The translations under genes were made by a program, and so were the position numbers. A stretch of DNA of 64,000 nt from Azolla caroliniana (Eukaryota; Plantae; Polypodiophyta): positions 8,370,001 to 8,434,000 of the forward strand of contig JBHGNT010000003.1 of NCBI GenBank assembly GCA_043228905.1, in the 5' to 3' direction. This document shows, piece by piece, positions 46,386 through 59,253 of this stretch. The notes beneath the pieces are model-generated. The model saw nothing but the letters and a program-made list of their open reading frames with translations, was not told where the DNA came from and did no database searches. Every line of letters begins with the position of its first letter. Positions within the stretch are counted from its first letter, which is position 1.

Positions 46386-48243
46386 ATGGCAGAGAGAACA
46401 CAGAAAGCCCCAACGATTTCTCAGAAGCTTTCTGGGTACACATACCTTGGGGCCAAGCTTTCAGATAATCGAGCGGCTCAGTATGGATCTGTTCCAAGAG
46501 CAAACTATCCATACCAATCAAGGAGAACGATGAACCCCCTATTCACACCGGCAATGGACTGCAGTGTTGCCTCTCAATCATCCTCATTGGCGCTGCCTCA
46601 GAACCCTGTATTTGTTGCTGCACCAATAGACAAGAAAGGCCCTTATGCATTTGCGGTCGATTTCTTGATGGGAGGAGTCTCCGCTGCAGTCTCAAAGACT
46701 GCAGCTGCGCCAATTGAGCGAGTAAAGCTCTTGATCCAGAACCAGGATGAGATGATAAAGTCAGGAAGGCTTCAGGAGCCTTACAAGGGTATCTCTGATT
46801 GCTTCAAACGCACTATCCAAGATGAAGGTTTCATCTCCTTGTGGCGTGGCAACACTGCCAATGTGATTAGATACTTCCCCACTCAGGTTGGTATCTCAGT
46901 TTGCTTCCTTTTTTCTTTATTTATTTGGAATGTTGTATGCCAAGGTTTTTTCTTCAGGAGGTTGATAATCCTGTACATCAAATCATTTGCTTGTTACCGT
47001 ATCATTCAATTTAGATTGCTTGGGTTTCTTACTAGTAATATCTATTTGGAATGTTGTTTGTCAAGATTTTTTCTTCAGGAAGTTCATAGTGCTGTACTTC
47101 AAATTATTTGCTTGTTACCGTATCATTCAATTTAGATTGCTTGGATTTCTTACTAATAATATCTATTTGGAATGTTGTGTGCCAAGATTTTTCCTTCAGG
47201 AAGTTGATAGTGCTGTACTTCAAAATATTTGCTTGTTACCGTGTTATTCAATTGAGATTGCTTGGATTTCTTTCTAATAATATATTACCTTTGAATTTTA
47301 GATTCTTATGTTATCACAATGCATGAGAAGTTATCACCTTATTATCAACCATTGAAGGGATACATACATTGGATGTGTTTTAACTCTGATGTTGCTACGT
47401 TTTTAGGCTTTAAACTTTGCGTTCAAGGATTATTTCAAGAAGTTGTTTAACTTCAAGAAGGATAGGGATGGATACTGGAAGTGGTTTGCCGGAAACTTGG
47501 CATCAGGTGGTGCGGCCGGTGCTTCCTCTCTCCTTTTTGTGTACTCACTTGATTATGCGCGAACCCGATTGGCCAATGATGCTAAGTCAGCAAAGAAAGG
47601 TGGAGAGCGACAGTTCAATGGTCTTCTTGATGTATACAAGAAGACTCTTGCTTCAGATGGTATTGCTGGCCTCTATAGAGGATTCAACATCTCATGTGTC
47701 GGAATCATAGTCTACAGGGGTTTGTACTTTGGAATGTATGATTCGTTGAAGCCAGTCATCTTAATTGGTTCTCTTGAGGTAAGTGTCATCATAGGCTGTT
47801 AGTGTTATGTCCTTTTTCTAGAATAGTCTCACCATTTTGTACCAAGTTTTGATGTTTTAGGTTGATTGTCTGAGGCTTTTATATATATATATATATATAG
47901 ATATAGATATGGTGTTCATGATTTTCAATTATACTTGTGATTTCAGGACAATTTCCTGGCCAGTTTCTTGCTTGGATGGAGTATAACCACCGGTGCAGGC
48001 CTTGCATCTTATCCGATCGATACAGTTAGGCGTCGTATGATGATGACATCTGGTGAGGCAGTGAAGTATAAGGGATCCCTAGACTGTTTCAATCAGATTG
48101 TAAAGGCCGAGGGAGTGAAGTCTCTCTTTAAAGGTGCGGGTGCGAATATCCTGAGGGCTGTTGCTGGTGCTGGAGTACTAGCTGGCTATGACAGGCTTCA
48201 GCTCATCTTCTTTGGCAAGACCTATGGCTCTGGCGGAGGCTAA
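46386..48243 (+). CDS. AAC: Mitochondrial ADP/ATP carrier, copy 2 (389 aa); exons 46386-46886, 47407-47778, 47947-48243; 5'UTR intron 44867-46375
   Basis: Canonical [39 protein letters not shown]. Same intron positions as copy 1. Confidence 0.95.
46920..47282. repeat. 121-bp tandem triplication in AAC copy 2 intron
   Basis: tatttggaatgttgt at 46922, 47043 and 47164. Confidence 0.88.
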
Positions 48244-49807
48244 AAAGAAGGAAGAATTTAGTGAATAAAATGAATCAATGGGTGAGAAGAGAGATGATGG
48301 TAGAACCCAACTCTGGAAGTAGAGTCCGAGTATTTATTTTTTCTAGCTCCACTTTTTGCTTCTAATTGTGTTTCTTTTTTTGGGTTTGGGATCTTAGATA
48401 ATGACGAAAACAAAGAAACTATCTTGTTATGCCTATGTTTTCTCTGCTAGAATGCTGGAGTTAATTGAAAAAAAACTGAGATACATAACATGGCAGTTAA
48501 ATTTTGGATTCTATGACAATGCTTCACAATTTGAAATAATTGATGTTTGTTCTTTTGATGCTTCACACGAGTTTTGATTTGTTTAAGCTATTGGAAGGTT
48601 CCATGTCTGTTTTCTCTCCTTAATCCTATTTCCCAAATGCTATTGTCTTAACAATAAAGTGAATACTTTGACGTCTCTCCATGTCACAAGGTTTCATCTA
48701 ATATACTGAAGTGAAGTGTCTATTCTAAAATGAAAGCTAGAACAACACTTCCTTTTCAAATCTCTCTGAAGCAAAGGTTTAACAGAATGATTCAAATGAT
48801 GGGTGTGTGTCCAGGCTCCTGAGATAATTAATATTTGATATTTACTTAGTGTTAACTGAGTGAGCATTTACAAGTTTTAAAGGTTACTAGTAGAGTAAGG
48901 TATTAAGATTTATGAAGCCCTTACCCTTGAAGTCCATCTCTGATTTTTTTAGTGGGGTTTTCTTTTATTGTTGAATGAGATGTCTTTAATGAAGTCGCAC
49001 ACAAAACTGCATTTGTTTAAAGCAAAAGCAAAAATCTTGGATTATATTGCGCTTGGATTGCATTCCCTACTTCTCTTATAGAGTTCACCTTTGTTGAAGA
49101 TAGTGGTCACATCAGATGCAGTATTGTGCGACTCTAATCAGTCAAAAGACATTTTTGTTTTCTGTTCTTTATATTTCGACTAAATCTATTCTTTGTACTC
49201 ACAAAACTTTAGCAAAAATAAATCCTTATAAAATCCATTCTGCATAGCCATAGACATGTACACTGTATTTCCAATTCAGAAAAATACACTAGACTATTCT
49301 TTTACATAAGTATTAAAGAAATACAGGGTATATATCCAGCAAAAACCTATTTGGTCTGTTTCAATGCAATACTTTCCACATGAAATGCGTAACAATTTTA
49401 AACCAAAGTCTTCACAACCAATTCACCTTGTTCAAGAAGTATACAAGATGAAGCTTATGTTCTGATAGCACTAGGTATACAAGATGAAGCTCATGTTCTG
49501 GTAGCAATAGGTTAGTACTTCGATTGGATAATAGCATCTATCTAGAGCAGTGTCTCTAGACTGTCAATAGACAAAAAGAAAAGAATCTGTCAAAAACAAC
49601 CGATTTTGACTTGATCTTTTTCAGTGATTGGAGACATTTTTACTCAGCTTGATCTTTTCCAGTGACTGCAGACATTTTTACTCAGCGTAAACGATCAATC
49701 GGCTAAACTACATACTTCTTACTAAAGATTGAAATCTATATAGCATTACTTTCCGTAAATTATAATTTGGAGGATCAGAATTACAAACAATATAAGCACA
49801 AAACCCA

Positions 49808-51207
49808 TTAATCTCCATCACTTTTGTTCTTATCCGCACAATCAGACAAAGAAATGTTTCTTTCTTCTGTAGGAGGACGACTCCACCCCGCAAGGTCTTC
49901 AGAAGAGAACTCGTAGCTTTCTTCGGATCCTTTTCTTACCTCTACTCCTTTCTCCTTCAGGAAGTTCTCGACACTACCTGGCTCTCCGAACCAGCCAAGG
50001 CGATCGGCAATGAGATGGAGGTTCTTGCATGTGAAGCAGCGCACAATGACCACCCCTTTCTCATAGCTCTGCCTGCTCATGGTTTTTGCTGACCTAGTTT
50101 GGCATACATTACAAGTATATACCATAACAAGGTTGTGGCGTTCTGAGATCTTCATGCCTGAGTTTCTTGTCTCAGTATGTGAATTGGAGCTGTTGCCAGA
50201 GTCAGCATCCACAACAGAGATTCCACTGCTGTAATAATGTCTTTGTGTTAGGTATGGAGAGATGGAGTTGAAACTTGGTAGAGCACTTTTTGAATATTCG
50301 GCAAATGATGGCTTCCTTGACCAATCACCTATAAACACTTATAACAATCAGGGAAATCTGAAGTATAGATGGACAGTAGAGGCTGTACATAAAAACAGTT
50401 ATATGAAGACCTACTTCTACATACAACACTTTTGAGTTCTAAGGAGCTTTGCATACTGCGTGACTGTTGAAAAGAGAAAAAACAGAGAAGAGGCATATGA
50501 AAACCAGGTGAATGAAGGCTTTAAAAAGTTTTCCGTTTCTGACTTTCTTGACAATATCCTACCTTGACAAAACCACATGAAACTAAATCTCTCATATGGT
50601 GATTTCCTGCTCCTTCATAAGTATCTACTCCATTTCTAGGCATAGAATGGAAAATCTAATCTTTGCCTACCCAAAATTTGCAGTGCCTTGAAGAAGAAAG
50701 ATGTACAATCACATAAGTTATGGATTGATGCTTAATGCCTCAAAAAATCAAGGAAAAACATTTTGCTTGTAGCAATTTCTTCTCCCCAGCACAGTGAGTG
50801 GGCTAGTAGAAAGATGTACAATCACATAAGTTATGGATTGATGCTTAATGCCTCAAAAAATCAAGAATTGTTTCTCGCATGTAGCAATCTCTTCTCCCCA
50901 GAACTGTGGGCTAATAATGGTAAGTAAGATGCTAAATTGCAGAAGTTTTAGAACACACTTGTCAACGCAGTAATTCTATCTAAGTGAAGCCGATCCGGTG
51001 ACGGCGACCGTGTCACATACCGTAGAGAACAGACTGATAAAATCATCCGTTCTATAGGGAGAGGGAGAGGGAGGGGTCTGCGTAAAGAAACTCACCGACA
51101 GAAGCAGCATCAGAAGCAGAAGCAGAAGCAGAGAGTCGTCTGGCAGCGAGAGGTTGTGAGGTCGGAGCGTGCAGAATCCGGCGTATAAAGGGACATCGTG
51201 AAGCCAT
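49808..51207 (-). CDS. Mitochondrial DNL-type zinc-finger protein (Zim17/HEP1-like, 210 aa); exons 51207-51096, 50328-49808
   Basis: YTCNVCQTRS...YEKGVVIVRCFTCKNLHLIADRLGWF. R/S/A-rich presequence MASRCPFIRRIL. Phase-1 GT-AG intron. Confidence 0.88.
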
Positions 51208-51407
51208 TGCAGAGAAACAGAGGGGGATGGATCCAAATACAGAGAAACAGGGGAGGCAGAGAAACCCTAGAATCTGCTGTTGAGGTCTCCTTCTCCGTCA
51301 AGATCCATATCAACACGTCTGTGTGTGTATATGTGTTAACCTAAGTCAAGTCAAGTCAAGTCAAGTCAAGAAGAGATTGTTCCATGAAACCCTAAATGCT
51401 ACCAAAT

Positions 51408-51545
51408 TAGGAATCGGCAACAGTTCGGTTTCGGCTTAACCGTTTGGTTTGGCTTGAGCCATTACAACCGGCTGTTGTTAAGGAATCTCAAGCCTGAACC
51501 GAACCGAACCGAACCTCCAAACGATTTTAAAAAACGGTTCGGTTT
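51408..51545. mobile_element. One-ended hAT/MITE remnant related to 34420-34920
   Basis: TAGGAATCGGCAACAGTTCGGTTT resembles the TIR; AACCG repeats; no partner end seen. Confidence 0.5.
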
Positions 51546-54129
51546 AGGAGCCTTACCCGCACGAACTGTGTCCGTCGCGTGTGGGCGCCCGCATCATACT
51601 TACTCACATATTGCATGGATGGACGTGATCGTGTCCGCCCAACTCAACAAAGACAAACACCATGAATTCGCTCGTATAGATTGTTCGTATTACTTCGTGA
51701 CCACCACGAAGCCTACCTGGCTAGATTGCCTTCTCTTAACAAGGAGATTAACACTCTTATTTTATTAGTACCTCCAGTCATAGCGCTTTCATTTTGTTTT
51801 TCTTTACTTCCTTGAATGTCGTTGGATTCGCCACTGTTTAAGTGACCCCCCCCCCCCCCCTCTCCCCCATTGTCAACTAATTGGTGAGAGAAAAAAGAGC
51901 AAGTATGAATTGACCATGTCATTGCTCGGATTGCACATATATAATTGCACTTGTGGGGAGATTGAGACCAATGGTATTTATGGAACCATGACATCCATTG
52001 GTGTTTTTTATTTTACTTATGGTATGCTTGTAGGAGTACATAAGAGTGTTTTCAAGAACTACGTGAATAAACTAAAAACTTGAATCACTCGAAACATTTT
52101 GGATGCCCTCCTCTTGGATGCCTCAAGACTTGGTTTTCTAACATCGTGGACCTAAACCAAGGAAGATGGCTTTATCAATTATGGGTTGTAGAAATTATAT
52201 TTGTTATGGCATGTGATCAAACCATCCCTTCTTGACTTGTGTGGGTGAACTTGTAAATGCACTCTGTATGTTCGAGGGAAAATCAGATGTCGTTTGACCT
52301 TCAATGGGCAATGTGGTTAAGCTTGGTGAACAGTCATGGCCTTCGTCCTCCCTTCTCTCTCCTTCCTTTCACTTTCTTCACACACTTCCTTGTTTGGCTG
52401 TAGCTAATGTTGAAATGTGAATGCTCTAGGTTTGAATCACCTAGGGGCGAAATGACTAGGCTCATCCAAAGGACCCATGGATGATTTAAATTCCATAGGT
52501 CTGAATCAAAGGGTCATAGATGATTTTTTTGTCGAATAACTTTCTTCTTCATGGGGAAATTTCCATGCTAGATAAGAGCATTGCTCGAATGGTCGATTAC
52601 GAAATATCTCGAAATATAGTATGGTGGGTTCCAATCTTATTGCTTGTCAAATTTTCTTCTTTTCAAATAAAATTAGCTTTGAACGCTCAAAATTCCGAGC
52701 CAATTTTGTTTTCATGACCCTTGGCAAAGTGGCTCAACAGTGGAGCACTAACTACTCCTACTCAGAATTGCAGGCCAAAATCTTGTCTCTAGCAAATTTA
52801 ACCTATTCATATGTGCTACTTGCTTTGTTGTCATCACTTGTACATTGTAGCAAGACTTTTCACCTTTGTTGCCCCTAGTGAGGTTCAAATCCTTCAATTG
52901 ATCATCCAAAGTGGTTAGCTCTTGTCACTTCTGTTGACTTCAATTGTGGATTTAAGCCTTCATTTCATCATATCTCCACCTATTTACATCGTTAACCATA
53001 AATTTCTGCTTATGGTAAACTTGTCATTTTGGCACTTTTCTCCCTTTGCACATGCCACATCACAACAACAACACTTGTAACTTTGCAACTTTATGAAACT
53101 TTGAGATCCTAGAAGCTTTGCACATGGGAATGCCCCTTTCCTTATTTTATTCATGTTTGATACGTTCCTTATTGACTTTTTATCTTTATTCATAGTGAGA
53201 ATGACATCCTTTACCTATATTTTTGCAATTGTTGGGTACATATGAAAATAAAGAGCATAGAATACGTATTGAAATTTAAAACAAGCACACACAACATATC
53301 CCTAATGATTTAATGACCGGCACTATAGCTCGTAAAATGGGTAAGTACCACATATCGGGAAACCATTTGAATGTTACTGTTTAAACAGAATTTCCACAAT
53401 ATAATGAATGATCAAATCTAGAGAATGGGCGAGAAAGATTGTGTGTGTGAGAGGGATGCTCATTAGATTATCTTTTTAGTATTGGTAGGCTTGGGTTTCT
53501 ATTTCATTGCTACTCATTAATAAATCTATTTACTAGTTTCAATCAATTGTTTCAATTGGGTAATATGCTTGTCTAATTATCCAATCTTTTTTGTTCCTAG
53601 ATATGACATCACTTGCCAATATAACAAGACATCCTAACTATCTACCACTATTGGTGGTGTTTTAATGCACAATCCATGGGAGTTCCTTCAACATAGATAT
53701 GTGAGGCTAGCTAGCTCTTGAGTCCTCACAAAAGATGAGACACTTCATGTTGGTTTGGGTTGCACAATTCAATTATATGTAAACCTACATATAGGATGCA
53801 ACATAACGTCATTAGGATTATGATGCAAGATATTTTGCAATTGGATGTTAGGACAAGGTTGTCCCCTCAAAAGTAAGAGGATGAATTCATATACCCATGG
53901 TCCATAGATTTGGTAGACCCATCACCCATGGTAGACATGAACCGAAAAGCAAGCAAGTTAGGCCTCAACATCAAGGTCTCCAAAGAAGAACAAATTTTGG
54001 TCATGGATCCTCCATGGCATGCATGCATGTGTGCGTGTGTATGTGTTTATGTATGTATGTTTAAAAGAAGAAGAAGATATCTTGTCATTAGTATAAAATA
54101 TTTTACAAGATTTTAAACCTCTATGTGAT

Positions 54130-55141
54130 CAGTGGGGGAAACAACCATTTCGGAGGCTGAAAATACCAATAAAGAGTGTCATAATTGGATGTCATGAATG
54201 GAGTAGTTATCCAGCTAATAAGAAACTCATGCCGTTGAGCAATTTTAGTCATAGAATCTCCAACTATACCATCCCATTGACCCTTCAAAGTATGAACTAT
54301 GTCTAACCAAATGTTCAAAACCACTTTCAGTTGGTGATGTTTTAAGTTGATGGAAAATGAGAGAGCACCGAGCCTTCTAGATGTGATATACAATGGTACT
54401 ACTCAGTATCTCCCATATTGGCAGGACTTCCTTCCGTACTCCCGAAAACTGTAATGACAGTAGTGGTAATGTATGAACACTTCCATATTTAGTGTAAAAT
54501 CCATGATCCATAGATTCATTGTCATAATAGAACACATCACGGACAAGTGATGTCCAAACCACCATGCCCCAAGTGAAAACCAATGGGGGAAATTTATTAG
54601 CAAAAATTCTAAGGAATTGTTGCCATATCTGTTGAGACTCAATGCATTCCCATAAACAATGTTTTTGAGTTTCCATTTGTAATTGACATCAAATACAACC
54701 AAAAGATACTCCCAATCTATGCAACCATGTACCTACCGACAAGGCCTGGTGTACAACTAACCATTGTACATGCAATATTTTGTGTGGCTGTTTTCTTGCC
54801 CATAAAATACCCCAAAATTTTGCAAGCAACTGGGAAGTAATACCTTATTGATTCCAATATTGAGATGCAGCTAGCAACACATCATGTGTATCTGAAAGTA
54901 CATGTCTTCCCAGCTATACAGAATATTGGAAGAAATTGAACTTGTTACCCGTGTAAGGATCTGTGCACTGATAGTCAACTGGGTTCCAATCTAATCTAAA
55001 TAGCTGGTTTTTAGCTAACACCCCCCAACTTCCAATGTGGTCGTATTTCCTCTATCATTGGATCAATATACCATTTACGGTCGGCATATCCGATGATCCT
55101 TATCTTGTGTTCAATAGCATAGGGGTAATCTATCACCATTT
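54130..55141 (-). mobile_element. LINE ORF2 3' fragment (zf-RVT region)
   Basis: Inverted near-copy of 58258-59253; ETQKHCLWEC. Confidence 0.8.
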
Positions 55142-55495
55142 CCCCCCGACTCAGACAATTGGTTTGTGTGTGTATGTATGTACATATGTATGTATGTATG
55201 TATGTTATGTATGATCGCATGTATGTATGTATGCTATGTATGACTGCATGCATGGATGTATGTATGTATGTATGTATGTATGATACATACAGCGAAAGAA
55301 GGGGATGGATCGGAGGTCTCTGATACCTGAGTGAGCGAGTGAGTCCAGAAGGGCTTCTCTCTGCATCTCTGTCTGTCTGTCTGTCTGTTTGTCTGTGTCG
55401 CTGCACCCTGCTGGATCGAATCGTTAAGGTGGGTGCTTCATTACCTAGGGTTCCATGGCAAATCGACCCATACATCTCTTCTTCTGATCAGGGGT

Positions 55496-55527
<32 letters not shown>

Positions 55528-55579
55528 CTCTCTTCATTCGTTTGTTAAGCACACAGAGAAAAGCGGAAGGAAAGGAAGG

Positions 55580-56113
55580 ATGATCACTCGATCCAACCTT
55601 GCAGAGCAGCTGAGAGACTACCAGCTCCGATCACAGCAGAACTGGGCCTCCCTCACCTTCTTCTCTGCCACCGCCAATATCGCCAGCAGGTATGTGCTCG
55701 TCTATTCTCTGAAATCTAAACCCTAATCCGCTTGAAATCTGTGATTAAAGATAGAAGAAACTCCTCTTTTTTTTTCCATTGATCTGATGGCCATGCGTGA
55801 CATCGCGAATGTATGGATGTGTGAATGCTTGATTAATAGTGTATAAGACCCGATTATGTGTGCATGTGGTGGGATTTATCATCTGATGGTGTACGGTGTG
55901 CACAGAGCTGATGTTGCGAAGGCGGGCTTGCTGGCTCTTCTCTTCATTCTCTTACTGGTCTTGTCGATCTTGTCTCTTTTTTTCGGGTACATGCGAATGG
56001 CTGGAATTTTATTGGTCATGGCCATCCTCCTACCGATCTGTTTAAAGATGATCCGGCAGCGAAAATTGGCGAAAAAGAGGCAGCGAAGGATGCTTTTGCC
56101 CCTTTCTATGTAG
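55580..56113 (+). CDS. Conserved uncharacterised plant small membrane protein (105 aa); exons 55580-55689, 55906-56113
   Basis: MITRSNLAEQLRDYQLRS...two hydrophobic helices...RKLAKKRQRRMLLPLSM, a family I recognise from land plants. Phase-2 GT-AG intron. Confidence 0.88.
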
Positions 56114-56805
56114 ATGAAAGGAAACTCATTTGGGAAGAGTGATTTTGCAACAAACAAAAGGTTGGATGGGTCCTCCATGTTTGTGGCACATCAGAAGACC
56201 TTGCATAAAAGATGAAGATTGTGTATAGAGAGAGAGAGATAGAGATAGTGAGAGCGAGAGAGCGCTATTCATTTTTTTCTTCAAAGGCCCAACCCCAGAA
56301 AACCCTATTTCCATGGGAGTCTGAGAAAATTTGGGCATAACATGGAAATTTGCGATCAATGTGTATCTAGTGGATGACTTTTGAGCTCTTGTCAAAAATC
56401 TCTAACTCAAATTTTTAGATGTTACAAGTTGCCATAGTGGATGACATTAGTCTGTGCCGTGCAAAGGCTTATGTCGAATCATCGAGGACATTCCTCCATT
56501 AAGTTTTTGCGATTAACTGTAACAAAGTTTTCAGCAGGAACTCTCGCCTCAGAGGCAGGCAAGACATTTTTTTAATACAATGACAAATCGAAGCATGCCA
56601 TTTCTCTCTGCAGGTCTTATTTATTGAGCTTATAATGCAAACTCGAAAGCTGTAAGTGTTTACCTAAGAATATCTTATCCGACCAACAAAATATATCTCT
56701 TTTTCAGTCATAGCTATAGACAATATGCTGCACTAGGACTTACTTTATGTGCTGCAATTGCTGAATTGATATGTAAGTGTTAAATGTTTTGTGAATTCCT
56801 TTTTG

Positions 56806-57203
56806 TTTCCTTATAATGTTTATAATTTATCAAAACTTCGGATGGGCCTCATCTGAGGTATCTCATGTATGTTCCTGAAAGAATCATTGGACCATCATCT
56901 AATTCCACGGTATGATCTCATATATAAAATTTTCCCATCAGCGTATTCTTTCCTTATAATGTTTATAATTTATCAAAACTTCGGATGGGCCTCATCTGAG
57001 GTATCTCATGTATGTTCCTGAAAGAATCATTGGACCATCATCTAATTCCACGATTTGTTTCCTTATAATGTTTATAATTTATCAAAACTTCGGATGGGCC
57101 TCATCTGAGGTATCTCATGTATGTTCCTGAAAGAATCATTGGACCATCATCTAATTCCACGGTATGATCTCATATATAAAATTTTCCCATCAGCGTATTC
57201 TTT
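56806..57203. repeat. Near-identical ~144-bp tandem triplication (middle copy shortened)
   Basis: tttccttataatgtttataatttatcaaaacttcgg at ~56806, 56950 and 57058. Confidence 0.9.
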
Positions 57204-58049
57204 CAATGTCCTTGATGCATATTCTATTGCAATTCAGTATATTATCTACTTCAGGGACTACTTGATAGATCATGCATCAAAAAGATGTGCACAAATCATG
57301 AATATATTTAGGTTCCCGGAAAAAATTCTTTAACTTGATGGCTTTCAAGTCTCTAACCAGGGTGCCATGAGGCCCAGTTGAAGCTTGAATTAGACAGATA
57401 TAGAGGAGCACATACAAGATATACCCGGCTCGGCGAGTTCATTATCATCTTTGTGAGGCCTTATTTGGTAGTAAGCTCGTCTTGTGCTGTCATTTATAAG
57501 TTGATCCTTGTTCACACATGTATTGAATGCATGCCATATCTTTTAGGATTTTGTTGACCCTTGCCCCTCATTTTATGGATAGTTTGTTTATTCTTATCTA
57601 AGCTATTATGGTATTCATCAATGATCATCAATATTTACTGTGTAATTGGATATTCTAGTAATTACGGTCGTTGAAGGGAATGTGGAAACCAGTCAAGGAT
57701 GTGTTGGCTGCCATAACTCTACTTTATCAGTTCTCCCGACAATGTATGGCATTTAGGAATAACTGATATTGGTGCATTGAGATGCATGCCGTGAACTAAC
57801 AACCCTTGTTTCTTCTTGTGTAATCAATTGTATTTTTCTTCATTTCTCTTTCTTTCTGCAGCAGGGTCATTCTAACTCACAATTATGTGGGACTCGTAGC
57901 ATGCTATCTGCCTAGTTGATAACATCTTCCATTCTGCCTAAGCAAAATTTGGGATTAAACCTACTTTTGTTTTTATTTTCCCACTATTTTGAATTACAGT
58001 TGTGACTTGATCCTCTTCTATATTTTATGCATAGTCAATGTTAACCATA

Positions 58050-59253
58050 TGGTACCCTTTGTCAAATGTGAAATTGTGGATCAACAAATTCAGGAAGCAA
58101 TGAGTAGACTTCCCATACCACCCAATAATGCTAACCATAGATGGGTTGGGGTTTTTTCAAGATTGGAAGTACTCTTGGCTGTGAAGGGATATTCAGATGA
58201 TAAGACATACCGGTTTTTTGATGTGGATGAAACAAACCAATTATCTCAGTCCCCAGAAATGGTGATAGATTACCCCTATGCTATTGAGCACAAGATAAGG
58301 GTCATTGGATATGCTGACCGTAAATGGTATATTGATCTGATGATAGTGGAAATAAGGCCACATTGGAAGTTGTGGGTGTTAACTAAAAAACCGATATTCA
58401 GGTTAGATTGGGACCCAATTGATTATCAGTGGACAGATCCTTACACAAGTAATAAGTTCAATTTCTTCCAATATTCTGTACAATTGGGAAGACATGTACT
58501 TTTAGATACACGTGATGTGTTGCCAACTACATCTCAATATTGGAATCAACAAGGTATTACTCCCCAGTTCCTTGCAAAATTTTGGGGTATTTTATGGGCA
58601 AGAAAACAGCCACACAAAATATTGCATGTACAATGGTTAGTTGTACACCAGGCCTTGCCGGTAGGTACATGGTTGCATAGAATGGGAGTATCTTCTGGTT
58701 GTATTCGATGTCAATTATAAATGGAAACTCAAAAACATTGTTTATGGGAATGCATTGAGTCTCAACAGATATGGCAACAATTCCTTAGAATTTTTGCTAA
58801 TTATTTTCCCCCATTGGTTTTCACTTGGGGCATGGTGGTTTGGACATCCCTTGTACGTGATGTGTCCCATTATGACAATGAATCTATGGACCATGGATTT
58901 TACACTAAATATGGAAGTGTTCATACATTACCATTGCTGTCATTACAGTTTTCAGGAGTAAGGAAGGAAGTCCAACTAGTATGGGAGATACTGAGTAGTA
59001 CCATTGTATATCACATTAGGAAGGCTAGGTGTTCTCTCGTTTTCCATCAACTTAAAACACCACCAGTTGAAGTGGTTTTGAACATTTGGTTAGACATAGT
59101 TCATACTTTGAAGGGTCAATGGGATGGTATAGTTGGAGATTCTGAGGCTAAAATTGCTCAATGGAGTGAGTTTCTTATTATCTGGACAACTACTCCATTC
59201 TTGACATCCAATTACGGCACTCCTTATTGGCATTTTCAGCCGTCGAAATGGTT
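58050..59253 (+). mobile_element. LINE ORF2 3' fragment (zf-RVT region), one in-frame stop
   Basis: WLVVHQALPVG, CIRCQL*METQKHCLWEC, YHIRKARCSLVF: L1/Tx1-type C-terminal cysteine-rich domain. Confidence 0.82.

Noticed and set aside
46323-47135. 270-aa ORF as a longer AAC exon
   Set aside because: Its ends are intronic; the true exon is 46386-46886 by homology with copy 1.
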